Shown here piece by piece: positions 49,648 through 59,629 of a DNA stretch of 64,000 bases. A program made the position numbers and the translations under genes. Position 1 is the stretch's first letter; each line of letters begins with the position of its first letter. The notes beneath the pieces are model-generated. The model was not told where the DNA came from, did not search any database, and saw only the letters and a program-made list of their open reading frames with translations. Source of the stretch: Occultella glacieicola (GTDB lineage Bacteria > Actinomycetota > Actinomycetes > Actinomycetales > Beutenbergiaceae); the NCBI RefSeq assembly GCF_004353825.1, contig NZ_SMNA01000005.1, positions 62,001 to 126,000 of the forward strand. The letters are read 5' to 3'.

Positions 49648-50379
49648 ATGACCCCGACCCTCGCGGTGTCCACGGTGATCTTCGCGCTGCGCCCCGACGA
49701 GCGCCGCTCCGCCCCGGCCGGCGCCCGGCCCCAACTCTGGCTGCCGCTCGTCGTGCGTCTGCGGGACCCGTTCGACGGGCACTGGGCCCTGCCGGGTGGG
49801 CCGCTGCGCGCGGACGAGGGGCTTGCCGACGCCGCCTCCCGGACCCTGCGGGAGACCACCGGGCTGCGCCCGAACTACCTGGAGCAGCTGTACGCGTTCG
49901 GCGACGCGGACCGGCCCGGCGCCGAGCACGGGCGGGTGGTCTCGGTCGTGTACTGGGCCATGATCGGCGCCGAGGAGGCGCACCTGGCCACCACCGGTCA
50001 GAACGTGCGCTGGCTCGCCGCGGACCGGCTGCCGGACCTCGCCTTCGACCACAACCGGATCGTGGAGTACGCACTCTGGCGGCTGCGCACGAAGGTCGAG
50101 TACTCCCGGATCGCCCACGCGTTCCTCGGCGAGACGTTCACCCTGCGCGAGCTGCGCGAGGTCCACGAGGTGGTCCTGCGCAAGGAGGTCGACCCGGCCA
50201 ACTTCCGCCGTCAGGTCGAGGCGAGCGGCGCCGTCGTCCCGACCGGTCAGGTCCGCACGGGCGGGCGGCACCGACCCGCCCAGCTGTACCGCTACGACAC
50301 CGCCATCGAGCCGGTCGATCTCGGCCCGCTGGCCCCCGAACCGCACCATCCCCCCACCTCCACCGAGGAGACCTCATGA
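49648..50379 (+). CDS. nrtR: NrtR (Nudix + winged HTH) NAD regulator
   Basis: WALPGG, YLEQLYAFG..R, LAFDH..I, FTLRELR, DPANFRR, RPAQLY. Confidence 0.92.
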   Translation: MTPTLAVSTVIFALRPDERRSAPAGARPQLWLPLVVRLRDPFDGHWALPGGPLRADEGLADAASRTLRETTGLRPNYLEQLYAFGDADRPGAEHGRVVSVVYWAMIGAEEAHLATTGQNVRWLAADRLPDLAFDHNRIVEYALWRLRTKVEYSRIAHAFLGETFTLRELREVHEVVLRKEVDPANFRRQVEASGAVVPTGQVRTGGRHRPAQLYRYDTAIEPVDLGPLAPEPHHPPTSTEETS

Positions 50380-51668
50380 GCACCATTGCTTCGGTCGACA
50401 CCACCATCGCGCTGATCGACGCCGGCCGGACCGCCGGCTCGACCTGCAGCCCGGACCTCGCCAGCGGCCCGTGGGCGTTCGACGCCAGTCCCGGCTACGG
50501 GCCGGGCGCGTCCCTTGCGGACCCGCCCCCCGCCGTCGCCCCCCGCCAGGGCGAACTGCCCAGGGCCTACCGCGAGGCGGACCCGGCCGACCTGGACGCG
50601 CGGGTGCGCGCCGCGAAGGCGACGCTGGGCGACCGGGTGGTCATCCTCGGCCACTTCTACCAGCGCGAGGAGGTCGTCACCCACGCGGACTTCGTGGGCG
50701 ACTCCTTCCAGCTCGCGAACGCCTCGCTGACCCGCCCGGACGCCGAGGCGATCGTGTTCTGCGGCGTGCACTTCATGGCCGAGACGGCCGACCTGCTCTC
50801 CGGTCCCGAGCAGGCCGTGATCCTGCCGAACCTCGCCGCCGGCTGCTCGATGGCGGACATGGCGGACATCGACCAGGTCGAGGAGTGCTGGGAGCAGCTC
50901 ACCGAGCTGTACGGCACCGAGCCCGACTCCAGCGGCAGGGTGCCGGTCATCCCGGTCACCTACATGAACTCCTCCGCCGCGCTGAAGGGCTTCTGCGGGC
51001 GCAACGGCGGCATCGTGTGCACGTCCTCGAACGCCGCCACGGTCCTCGAGTGGGCGTTCGAGCGCGGGCAGCGGGTGCTGTTCTTCCCGGACCAGCACCT
51101 CGGCCGCAACACCGCCAAGGCGATGGGCGTGCCGCTGACGGCGATGCCGATGTGGAACCCGAACAAGCCGCTCGGCGGCAACGACGAGCAGACCCTCGGT
51201 GACGCCCAGGTGATCCTGTGGCACGGCTTCTGCTCGGTGCACCGCCGGTTCACGGTCGCTCAGATCGAGCAGGCCCGCGCCGAGCACCCCGGCGTGCGCG
51301 TGATCGTGCACCCGGAGTGCCCGATGCCCGTGGTCGACGCCGCCGACGAGGCGGGCTCCACCGACTACATCCGCAAGGCGATCGACGCCGCCACCGAACC
51401 CACCACGTTCGCGATCGGCACCGAGGTGAACCTGGTCCAGCGCCTGGCCGCGCAGTACCCGCAGCACACGATCTTCTGCCTGGACCCGGTGGTCTGCCCG
51501 TGCTCCACGATGTACCGGATCCACCCCGGCTACCTGGCCTGGGTACTCGAGTCGCTGGTGGCCGGTGAGGTGCCGAACCGGATCACCGTGCCGGCGGACG
51601 TCGCCGACCCGGCCCGGGTGGCGCTCGAGCGGATGCTCGCCGCCAAGCCTCCCGTGGCGGGAGCCTGA
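50376..51668 (+). CDS. nadA: Quinolinate synthase
   Basis: LGHFYQ, GDSFQL, FCGVHFMAET, AGCSMA, YMNSSA, GFCSVH, HPEC, CSTM. Confidence 0.97.
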   Translation: MSTIASVDTTIALIDAGRTAGSTCSPDLASGPWAFDASPGYGPGASLADPPPAVAPRQGELPRAYREADPADLDARVRAAKATLGDRVVILGHFYQREEVVTHADFVGDSFQLANASLTRPDAEAIVFCGVHFMAETADLLSGPEQAVILPNLAAGCSMADMADIDQVEECWEQLTELYGTEPDSSGRVPVIPVTYMNSSAALKGFCGRNGGIVCTSSNAATVLEWAFERGQRVLFFPDQHLGRNTAKAMGVPLTAMPMWNPNKPLGGNDEQTLGDAQVILWHGFCSVHRRFTVAQIEQARAEHPGVRVIVHPECPMPVVDAADEAGSTDYIRKAIDAATEPTTFAIGTEVNLVQRLAAQYPQHTIFCLDPVVCPCSTMYRIHPGYLAWVLESLVAGEVPNRITVPADVADPARVALERMLAAKPPVAGA

Positions 51669-51669
51669 G

Positions 51670-53226
51670 ATGGCGCGGGTACTGGTCATCGGCTCCGGGA
51701 TCGCCGGGCTGGTCGCGGCCACCCGCATCCATGAGGAGGCGGCCCACACCCATGAGGTGGTGCTGGCCACCAAGGGCGATCTCGGGCTGAGCAACACCCG
51801 CTACGCCCAGGGCGGCATCGCCGCGGTGATGTTCGCGCAGGACGACGTCGAGGCGCACATCGCGGACACCCTGGTGGCGGGCGCCGGCCTGTGCGACCCC
51901 GAGGCCGTGCGGGTGCTGTGCGCCGAGGGCCCGGCCCGGATCCGGGACCTGGTGGCCGCGGGCGTCGAGTTCGACCGTGACACGACCGGCGAGTTCGCCC
52001 GGGGTCTGGAGGCGGCGCACTCGTTCCCGCGGGTGCTGCACGCGGGCGGGGACGCCACCGGCGCCCGGATCGAGGAGGCGCTGACGGCGCGGGCGCGCGC
52101 GAGCGCGGTGGCGATCCACGAACACACGTTCCTGACCGATCTGCTCCTCTCCGACGGCCGCGTGGTCGGGGCGCGCCTGCTCGACGGCGAGGCCGGCGTC
52201 CTCGAGGTCCGTGCGGACGCCGTGGTGCTCGCCACCGGGGGCGCCGGCCGGTTGTACCCGTACACGTCGAACCCCGCCGTGGCCACCGGCGACGGCCTCG
52301 CGGCCGCCGCGCGCGCCGGGGCAGCCCTGGCGGACCTGGAGTTCTACCAGTTCCACCCGACCACGCTCGCCCTGCCCGGGAACTTCCTGGTCTCCGAGGC
52401 CGTGCGCGGGGAGGGCGCGGTGCTGCGCGACGCCGACGGCGAGCGGTTCATGCTCGCCGTGCATCCCGGCGCCGAACTCGCTCCCCGGGACGTGGTGGCC
52501 CGGGCCGTGGCGGACCGGATGGCGGCGACGGGGGCGCCCGTGTACCTGGACGCCACGGCGTTCGGTGCGGACGTGCTCGCCCGCCGGTTCCCGAGCATCG
52601 ACGCCGCCGTGCATGGGGCCGGCCTGGACTGGGCGCGGGAGCCCGTGCCGATCACCCCGGCCGCGCACTACTGGATGGGCGGGGTGGTCACCGACCTGTG
52701 GGGCCGGAGTTCGCTGCCGGGGCTGTACGCCGTCGGCGAGGTCGCCCGGACCGGCGTGCACGGCGCGAACCGGCTCGCCTCGAACTCCCTCCTCGAGGGA
52801 GCGGTGTTCGCCCACCGGGCGGTGCGGGCCCTGGTCGATCCGGATGCCGCCGGGCCCTGGCCGACGAGGCCGCCCTCGGGCGCGTCCGAGCCGGCCGGGG
52901 AGCCACGCCCGAGGGGCGGGACCGCTCCGTTCTCCCGGGCCGCGGTCCAGGACGTGATGTGGGACGCCGTCGGGCTGCGCCGGGACGGCGCCGGGCTCGC
53001 CCGGGCCATCCGGACCCTCGACGGCTGGGCCGCCGACGCCCCGGCGCCGCACTCCCCCGCCGAGCACGAGGACGCGAACCTGCTCCTGCTGGCCCGGCTC
53101 ACGGCGCGGGCCGCGCTGGCCCGCCCGGCGTCGGTGGGCGCTCACTTCCGCACCGACTCCGGCGCTGCACCGGCGCTCACGCGGGCCGGCGCTGCCTCGG
53201 TCGAGGTGGCGGTGGGCGCATGCTGA
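51670..53226 (+). CDS. nadB: L-aspartate oxidase
   Basis: IGSGIAG, YAQGGIA, QFHPT, SEAVRGEG, AAHYWMGG, GVHGANRLASNSL. Confidence 0.96.
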   Translation: MARVLVIGSGIAGLVAATRIHEEAAHTHEVVLATKGDLGLSNTRYAQGGIAAVMFAQDDVEAHIADTLVAGAGLCDPEAVRVLCAEGPARIRDLVAAGVEFDRDTTGEFARGLEAAHSFPRVLHAGGDATGARIEEALTARARASAVAIHEHTFLTDLLLSDGRVVGARLLDGEAGVLEVRADAVVLATGGAGRLYPYTSNPAVATGDGLAAAARAGAALADLEFYQFHPTTLALPGNFLVSEAVRGEGAVLRDADGERFMLAVHPGAELAPRDVVARAVADRMAATGAPVYLDATAFGADVLARRFPSIDAAVHGAGLDWAREPVPITPAAHYWMGGVVTDLWGRSSLPGLYAVGEVARTGVHGANRLASNSLLEGAVFAHRAVRALVDPDAAGPWPTRPPSGASEPAGEPRPRGGTAPFSRAAVQDVMWDAVGLRRDGAGLARAIRTLDGWAADAPAPHSPAEHEDANLLLLARLTARAALARPASVGAHFRTDSGAAPALTRAGAASVEVAVGAC

Positions 53227-54071
53227 CCCCCGCCGCCATCGAGGCCACGGTGCGGGCCGCCCTGACCGAGGACGCACCCTGGGGAGACCTGACCTGCGCG
53301 GCGCTCGTGCCGCCGTCGGCCACCGCGACCGCGGAACTGGTGGCCCGCACCGATGGCGTGCTCGCCGGGGGCGAGGTGTTCGCGGCTGCGTTCACCCTCA
53401 CGGACGCCTCCGTTCGGGTCACGCTCGCCGAGCCCGACGGCGCCGCGTTCGTCGCGGGGGCGGTGCTCGCCCGGGTGGTCGGCCCGGCCGGCGCGGTGCT
53501 GCAGGCGGAACGGATCGGGCTGAACTTCGCCCAGCGGATGTCCGGGATCGCGACGGTCACGCGCGCCTACGTGGACGCCGTGGCCGGCACCGGCGTCAGG
53601 ATCGCGGACACCCGCAAGACCACGCCGGGGCTGCGCGCGTTCGAGCGGCACGCGGTGCGGGCCGGCGGCGGGCACAACCACCGGTTCTCGCTGTCGGACG
53701 CGGTCATGGTCAAGGACAACCACCTGGCGGTGCTGGTGAACTCCGGGGTCGGTGTCACGCAGGCGCTGCTGGCGGCCCGCGAGCGGCTGCCGCACACCAC
53801 CCACCTGGAGGTGGAGGTGGACCGGATCGACCAGCTCGACGCCGTTCTGGCGGCCGGGGTGGACACGATCATGCTCGACAACTTCACCCTGGACGACCTA
53901 CGCGAGGGGGTCGCGCGGATCGGCGGCCGGGCGCTCGTGGAGGCCAGCGGCAATGTGCGCCTGGACACCGTGCGGGCCATCGCGGAGACCGGCGTGGACG
54001 TGATCTCGGTCGGCGCACTGACCCACTCCTCTCCCGCCCTCGACCTCGGGCTCGACGTGAGCGTGCGCTGA
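53220..54071 (+). CDS. nadC: Nicotinate-nucleotide diphosphorylase (carboxylating)
   Basis: EDAPWGDLT, DTRKTTPG, NHRFSLSD, KDNH, EVEVD, MLDNF, ISVGALTHS. Confidence 0.97.
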   Translation: MLTPAAIEATVRAALTEDAPWGDLTCAALVPPSATATAELVARTDGVLAGGEVFAAAFTLTDASVRVTLAEPDGAAFVAGAVLARVVGPAGAVLQAERIGLNFAQRMSGIATVTRAYVDAVAGTGVRIADTRKTTPGLRAFERHAVRAGGGHNHRFSLSDAVMVKDNHLAVLVNSGVGVTQALLAARERLPHTTHLEVEVDRIDQLDAVLAAGVDTIMLDNFTLDDLREGVARIGGRALVEASGNVRLDTVRAIAETGVDVISVGALTHSSPALDLGLDVSVR

Positions 54072-55216
54072 TGCTGTACCTGGACGCGGCCGCGACCACC
54101 CCGATGCGCCGGGAGGCACTGGAGGCCATGTGGCCCTACCTCACCGGGGAGTTCGGGAACCCGTCAAGCCACCACACCGTCGGCGAGCGGGCCGCGGCCG
54201 CCCTCACCGACGCCCGGGCGCGGGTCGCCACGGTGCTCGGCTGCCGGCCGGGCGAGGTGGTGTTCACCTCCGGCGGCACCGAGGGCGCGAACCTCGCGGT
54301 CAAGGGGCTCGCGCTGGCGAACCCACGCGGACGGCACCTGGTGACCGCCGCGATCGAGCACGAGGCGGTGCTGGCCTCGGTCGCGTACCTGGAGCGGGTA
54401 CACGGGTTCTCCGTGACACAGGTGGCCGTGGACGACGCGGGCGCGGTGACCCCGCAGGCGCTTGCCGAGGCCCTGCGACCGGACACGACGCTGGTCTCCG
54501 TCGCGCTGGCGAACAACGAGATCGGCACCGTGCAGGAGATCGCGGCGCTCGCTGCGGTGGCTCGCGCGAACGGCGCCCTGTTCCACACCGACGCCGTCCA
54601 GGCGGCGGGGTGGTTGCCGGTCGGCGCCCGCGATCTCGGCGTGGATGCGCTCTCGATCTCGGGGCACAAGGTCGGTGCCGGCAAGGGCACCGGCGCCGTG
54701 TATCTGCGCGGGCGGCTGCCCGTGGAGCCGGTGCTGCACGGCGGCGGTCAGGAGCGTGAGCGCCGGTCCGGCACCGAGAACGTGCCCGGCGCCGTCGCCC
54801 TCGGGGTCGCGCTGTCCCTGGCCGAGGCGGAGCGGGCAGAACTGGCTCCCCGGTTGGCCGCGGCGCGGGAGACGTTCATCGCCCGGGTCCTGGAACTGGT
54901 GCCGACGGCGGTGCTCACGGGGCCGAGGTCGGCTCGCCTGCCGAACCACGCCTCGTTCTGCTTCCCGGGTACCAGCGGCGAGGCCGTGCTGCTGGAGTTG
55001 GAGCGTCTCGGTGTGGTCTCCTCGAGCGGGTCGGCCTGCGCGGCCGGGTCGGACGAGCCCTCGCACGTGCTGATCGCGATCGGGACGGCCCCCGAGGTGG
55101 CGCAGACCTCGGTCCGGTTCACGTTCGGGCGGGACGTCACGGAGGCGGACCTGGCCGGCGCCGCGGAGTCGGTAGGCGCGGCGGTCGCGAGCGTCGCGTC
55201 GGTGGGCACCGTGTGA
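54071..55216 (+). CDS. Cysteine desulfurase (NifS/IscS family)
   Basis: YLDAAATTP, FTSGGTE, HTDAVQA, SGHK, SSGSAC. Confidence 0.93.
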   Translation: MLYLDAAATTPMRREALEAMWPYLTGEFGNPSSHHTVGERAAAALTDARARVATVLGCRPGEVVFTSGGTEGANLAVKGLALANPRGRHLVTAAIEHEAVLASVAYLERVHGFSVTQVAVDDAGAVTPQALAEALRPDTTLVSVALANNEIGTVQEIAALAAVARANGALFHTDAVQAAGWLPVGARDLGVDALSISGHKVGAGKGTGAVYLRGRLPVEPVLHGGGQERERRSGTENVPGAVALGVALSLAEAERAELAPRLAAARETFIARVLELVPTAVLTGPRSARLPNHASFCFPGTSGEAVLLELERLGVVSSSGSACAAGSDEPSHVLIAIGTAPEVAQTSVRFTFGRDVTEADLAGAAESVGAAVASVASVGTV

Positions 55217-55273
55217 GATCACGCCCGTCACGCGGCGGGACGCCACCGTGGCCCGGCACGACGCCGACACTCG

Positions 55274-55303
55274 TTGACCACCTCGCTGCCGCGCGCGTAG
55301 CGT
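55274..55303 (+). promoter_or_regulatory. Sigma-70-type promoter
   Basis: TTGACC-N18-TAGCGT upstream of the DDN-like gene. Confidence 0.55.
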
Positions 55304-55343
55304 CGAGTCGTGGCCGGCAGACCCGTGCGAAGGGAGGCCGGTG

Positions 55344-55823
55344 ATGAGCGACCAGGCCAGACCCGCCGCGCCGCGACTGCCCCCGCGGTGGTTCATCCGC
55401 ACGTTCTGGGCCTGCCATCGGGCGCTGTTGCGCGTGAGCGGTGGCCGACTCGGGCTGCGCCGGCCGAAGCCGGGCCGGTACGGGATGCTCCGTCTGCACA
55501 CGGTCGGGCGGCGCAGCGGGAACCCGCACGCGGTGGTCCTGGCCTACCTCGAGGACGACGCGAACCTGTTCACGCTCGCGATGAACGGCTGGGCCGACCC
55601 GACTCCGTCCTGGTGGCTGAACTTGCGCGAGCGGCCGGAGACGACCGTGGATCTGGTCGGCGGCTCCCGCCGGATGCGTGCCCGCGCTGCTTCCGGTGCC
55701 GAACACCAGCGGCTCTGGGCCCGGTACGCCGAACTCGACAAGAACCTCGACGCGTTCGCGAGGCTGCGCTCGCGTCCGACCGACCTGGTGGTGCTCGAGC
55801 CCGTGGTGGGGGACGCCCCGTGA
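55344..55823 (+). CDS. Deazaflavin-dependent nitroreductase/quinone reductase family protein
   Basis: LHTVGRRSG, MNGWADPTPSWWLNL, VVLEP. Confidence 0.85.
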   Translation: MSDQARPAAPRLPPRWFIRTFWACHRALLRVSGGRLGLRRPKPGRYGMLRLHTVGRRSGNPHAVVLAYLEDDANLFTLAMNGWADPTPSWWLNLRERPETTVDLVGGSRRMRARAASGAEHQRLWARYAELDKNLDAFARLRSRPTDLVVLEPVVGDAP

Positions 55824-55870
55824 CCCGCCCGGCCTGCTGCGCCGGCGGTGTCGGCGATGCCGGGCCCCCC

Positions 55871-56269
55871 GTGCGGTGGAGCGCCTCATCGGGGTCGCCG
55901 CTGGAGCCCGAGATCGGGTTCTCCCGTGCCGTCCGGGTCGGCGCGCACGTCGCCGTCGCAGGCACCGCGCCGATCGGGCCCGACGGCGGCACGGTGGGTC
56001 ACGGGGATGTCGGCGCCCAGCTCCGGCGGTGCCTCGAGGTCTCGATCGAGGCGCTCGCCGTCGTCGGTGCCCTCCCCGAGGACGTGATCCGGACCCGGAT
56101 CATGCTGACCGACATCACCCGCTGGCGCGAGGCCGCCGCCGTGCACGGCGAGTTCTTCGCCTGGATCCGCCCGGTGACGACGTTCGTGGAGGTGTCGGGC
56201 TTCATCGACCCGGACTGGCTCGTCGAGACCGAGGTGGACGCGGCGGTCGGCGAGGACGCGGGGCCCTGA
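55871..56269 (+). CDS. RidA/YjgF family protein
   Basis: SSGSPLEPEIGFSRAVRVG, VIRTR, IRPVTT, LVETE; start 55820 or 55871. Confidence 0.88.
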   Translation: MRWSASSGSPLEPEIGFSRAVRVGAHVAVAGTAPIGPDGGTVGHGDVGAQLRRCLEVSIEALAVVGALPEDVIRTRIMLTDITRWREAAAVHGEFFAWIRPVTTFVEVSGFIDPDWLVETEVDAAVGEDAGP

Positions 56270-56316
56270 CCCCGGAGCGCCCGTGACGAGCGATCGGCTG
56301 CAATACCCTCGGGGTC

Positions 56317-57318
56317 ATGACCGGGCAGGACGGCGACCGAGAGACGGGCCGGGCAACGATCTACGACGTGGCCCGGCTCGCCGGCGTGAGCCATCAGACG
56401 GTCGCCAGGTTCCTGAACGGCGAGGGTGGTATCCGGCCGTACAACAAGGTGAAGGTCGAGGCGGCGCTGACGGAGTTGCGCTACCGCCCGAACATGACCG
56501 CGCGCTCCCTGGCCACGAAGCGTACGTTCCGGATCGGGGCGCTGGGCTACGAGATCGCCGGGCACAACCCCGGCCGGGTGCTGCAGGCCGCCAGCGACGC
56601 CGCCCGCGAGCTCGGCTATGTGGTCGAGGTGATGGGACTCGATCCACTCGATCCCGGCCAGCTCGCGGACGGCGTGGAGACGTTGATCCGTCACGGCGTG
56701 GAGGGGCTGCTGATCACCTCCCCCACCGTCGGAATCGCCGAGGAACTCAGCGGACTGCGCATCGACGTCCCGGTCCTGGTCGACGGCGCCCGGGAGACGG
56801 ACGAGTTGCAACGCCGCGGCACGCTGCTCGCCCTGAACCACCTGCACGCGCTCGGCCATCGGCGGATCGCGCACCTCGCCGGTCCTTCGCAATGGACCGC
56901 GGCGCACCTGCGCCGGGAGACCTACGAGTCCTTCATGACCGAACACGCCGGGGCCTCGCTCGTCTGGGAGGGCGACTGGGAGTCCCGGTCCGGATACACC
57001 CGGGCGGAGCGGGTCGTCAACGACGGCTCGATCACGGCCGTGTTCGCCGCCAATGACCGCATCGCCCTCGGCGCTCTGCTCCGTTTCCACGAGCTCGGTG
57101 TCCGCGTGCCCGATGACATCAGCATCGTGGGCTTCGACGACATGCACGAGTCCGAGTTCTTCCACCCGCCGTTGACCACGGTGCGCCAGCACGTCGACGC
57201 CGGCGGCCGAACCAGCGCCGCCCGCCTCATCGCGATGATCGAGGGCCGCCCGTCGGAGTACCCCTATCCCGAACCGGACCTCGTCGTCCGCGCCTCCACG
57301 GGCCGGGCCAACACCTGA
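56317..57318 (+). CDS. LacI-family transcriptional regulator
   Basis: TIYDVARLAGVSHQTV, YRPNMTARSL, AANDRIALG, VGFDD, PLTTV. Confidence 0.94.
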   Translation: MTGQDGDRETGRATIYDVARLAGVSHQTVARFLNGEGGIRPYNKVKVEAALTELRYRPNMTARSLATKRTFRIGALGYEIAGHNPGRVLQAASDAARELGYVVEVMGLDPLDPGQLADGVETLIRHGVEGLLITSPTVGIAEELSGLRIDVPVLVDGARETDELQRRGTLLALNHLHALGHRRIAHLAGPSQWTAAHLRRETYESFMTEHAGASLVWEGDWESRSGYTRAERVVNDGSITAVFAANDRIALGALLRFHELGVRVPDDISIVGFDDMHESEFFHPPLTTVRQHVDAGGRTSAARLIAMIEGRPSEYPYPEPDLVVRASTGRANT

Positions 57319-57321
57319 GGG

Positions 57322-57382
57322 TTGCGCACTCCGGAACCACCTGTCTACAGTGGCGGCACCCAAAACGTTACCGGTAACGTTT
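57322..57382 (+). promoter_or_regulatory. Promoter plus LacI-type operator for the ABC importer
   Basis: TTGCGC-N18-TACAGT, then perfect 20-bp palindrome AAACGTTACCGGTAACGTTT (57363-57382) with central CG. Confidence 0.85.
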
Positions 57383-57422
57383 GGCTCGGAACCTCAGGTG
57401 TCAGCACGAAGGAGTGGTGTAC

Positions 57423-58712
57423 ATGTCAACGCGACGAACACGTCTCGGCGCCCTTGCAGGCGTCCTCTCGGCCTCGGCCCTGGTCTTGGCCGGGTGCTCG
57501 GGATCGCCGACCGACGATGGCCCGGTGGTCCTGGAGTACTGGTCCTGGGCACCGAACATCGAGCAGGTGGTGGCCGTCTGGAACGAGGCGAACCCGGACA
57601 TCCAGGTCGAGGTCAACACCGCCGTCGCCGGCGCCGAGATCACGGCCAAACTCCTTGCCGCGGCCGAGGCCGGCAACCTCCCGGACGTCTCGAACACGAC
57701 GTACGACAACCTGCCGACCCTGATCATCAACGACATCGCGGCGGACGTCTCCGACGTCATGGGCGACCGCGAGTCCGAGACGGCCGGGCCGGCCTGGGAT
57801 CTCACCACCTTCGGTGGCTCGAACTACGCCGTTCCACAGGGGACCTCCCCGCAGATGCTCTTCTACCGCACGGACGTGTTCGCCGCGCACGGCCTTGAGG
57901 CCCCGACCACCTGGGACGAGTACGCGCAGGCCGCGCGCACCATCCACGCCGCGGACCCGGACACCTATCTGGCGACCTTCCCGGCCAACGACGCGCAGTT
58001 GTTCGCGGCCCTCAGCCAGCAGGCCGGCGCGCAGTGGTGGTCCCAGGACGGAGATGCCTGGTCGGTCGACATCGCCGATGACGCCAGCGGGCAGGTCGCG
58101 GACTACTGGCAGGGGCTTGTCGAGGAGGGCGTGGTGGCCACCATGAAGACCTACACGCCCGAATGGCAGGCGGCCCTCGCCGACGGCACCCTCGTGAGCT
58201 GGCTCGGCGCGGTCTGGACCCCGCCGCTGATCGAGCAGAACGCCCCCGAGACTGCGGGACTGTGGCAGGCCGTGGCGCTGCCCCAGTGGACCCCGGAGGC
58301 ACCGGCGGCGGGCGTGATGGGAGGGTCCGGGACGATCGTCACCACTCAGTCCGCGCATCCCGACGAGGCCCGCGAGTTCGCCCTCTGGTTGAACACCTCC
58401 GACGAGGCGCTCGAGGCCTACATCCAGTACGCGAACATCTGGCCCGCGGCGCTCAGCGGTCGCGAGTTCGACGGGCTCGGCGAGCCGCCGACCTTCTTGG
58501 CGAACCAGCCGGACTTCTACGAGCTCGCGGCGCAGATCGACGAGTACACGGTCGAGGTGACGTGGGGCCCGAACGTCGCGGCCGGGTTCGACACGTTCAA
58601 CAACGCGTTCAGCGACGCCATCGCGAACGGGACTTCGTTCCGGGACGCCCTCGACGTCGTCGAGACGGCCGTCGTCACCGACCTCGAGACGCTCGGGTAC
58701 ACGATCGAATGA
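57423..58712 (+). CDS. Carbohydrate ABC transporter substrate-binding lipoprotein
   Basis: Lipobox LAGC, YWSWAP, FYRTDVF, PTTWDEY, GGSG. Confidence 0.92.
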   Translation: MSTRRTRLGALAGVLSASALVLAGCSGSPTDDGPVVLEYWSWAPNIEQVVAVWNEANPDIQVEVNTAVAGAEITAKLLAAAEAGNLPDVSNTTYDNLPTLIINDIAADVSDVMGDRESETAGPAWDLTTFGGSNYAVPQGTSPQMLFYRTDVFAAHGLEAPTTWDEYAQAARTIHAADPDTYLATFPANDAQLFAALSQQAGAQWWSQDGDAWSVDIADDASGQVADYWQGLVEEGVVATMKTYTPEWQAALADGTLVSWLGAVWTPPLIEQNAPETAGLWQAVALPQWTPEAPAAGVMGGSGTIVTTQSAHPDEAREFALWLNTSDEALEAYIQYANIWPAALSGREFDGLGEPPTFLANQPDFYELAAQIDEYTVEVTWGPNVAAGFDTFNNAFSDAIANGTSFRDALDVVETAVVTDLETLGYTIE

Positions 58713-59629
58713 CCGGCCGACGCGAAATCGCCGCTCGGCGCCAACTCGTTCCGTACGCGTTCCTGGCGCCGGCCCTCATCCTCGCGACCGCCCTGCTGAC
58801 GATCCCGATCGGCTACGCCGTCTGGCGGAGCCTGCACGCCACGAGGATCACCGGCGGCGGCCTCGGCGTCGCCGAGGAGGTCTTCGTCGGGTTCGCGAAC
58901 TACGCCCGGGTGCTCGGCCGGGCCGACCTGTTGCCCTCATTCGGCCGGCTCGCGGGGTTCGCGGCGATCTTCGTGCCGACGGCGATGCTGCTCGCGCTCG
59001 TGTTCGCACTGTTGCTGGACAACGCCTCCAGCCGGCTGACCAGGTTCTCCCGCATCTCGATCTTCGTGCCGTACGCGGTGCCGGGGGTGATCGCCGCGCT
59101 CATGTGGGGCTTCATGTACCTGCCTGGGGTGAGCCCGTTCCACGACGCGGCTGCGGCGCTCGGCCTGCCCCAGCCCGACTTCCTCGGGCACTCCGGCATC
59201 ATCGCCTCGATCGCGAACATCGCGATCTGGGGTGCGGTCGGGTTCAACATGGTGATCCTGTACACCGCCCTGCGCGGGCTGCCGAGCGAGCTGTACGACG
59301 CGGCCCGCATCGACGGGTGCAGCGAGTGGCAGCTGGCGCTTCGGATCAAGGTTCCACTGGTGGTCCCCGGCCTGATCCTGACCGGCATGTTCACCGTGAT
59401 CGGCGCACTCCAGGTGTTCAGCGAACCCAACACGATGGTGACGCTCTCGACCGCGATCGGCTCCGACTGGGTGCCGATGATGGTGGTCTACCGGGACGCC
59501 TTCATCACGAACGACCTCTACGGGGCGTCTGCCCTCGCCGTCATCATCACCGTCGTCACGCTGGCAGCGTCGTTCCTGCTCCTGGGTATCGCCCAGCGTC
59601 GAGCCTTCGGATCGGAGGGCCGCTCATGA
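58709..59629 (+). CDS. Carbohydrate ABC transporter permease
   Basis: FVGFANY, PYAVPGVI, ELYDAARIDG, LQVFSEP. Confidence 0.92.
   Translation: MTGRREIAARRQLVPYAFLAPALILATALLTIPIGYAVWRSLHATRITGGGLGVAEEVFVGFANYARVLGRADLLPSFGRLAGFAAIFVPTAMLLALVFALLLDNASSRLTRFSRISIFVPYAVPGVIAALMWGFMYLPGVSPFHDAAAALGLPQPDFLGHSGIIASIANIAIWGAVGFNMVILYTALRGLPSELYDAARIDGCSEWQLALRIKVPLVVPGLILTGMFTVIGALQVFSEPNTMVTLSTAIGSDWVPMMVVYRDAFITNDLYGASALAVIITVVTLAASFLLLGIAQRRAFGSEGRS

Noticed and set aside
55820..55890. Possible frameshift at the RidA N-terminus (VERLIG in another frame)
   Set aside because: The frame from 55820/55871 is open and continuous with SSGSPLEPEIGFSRAVR; no break is needed.
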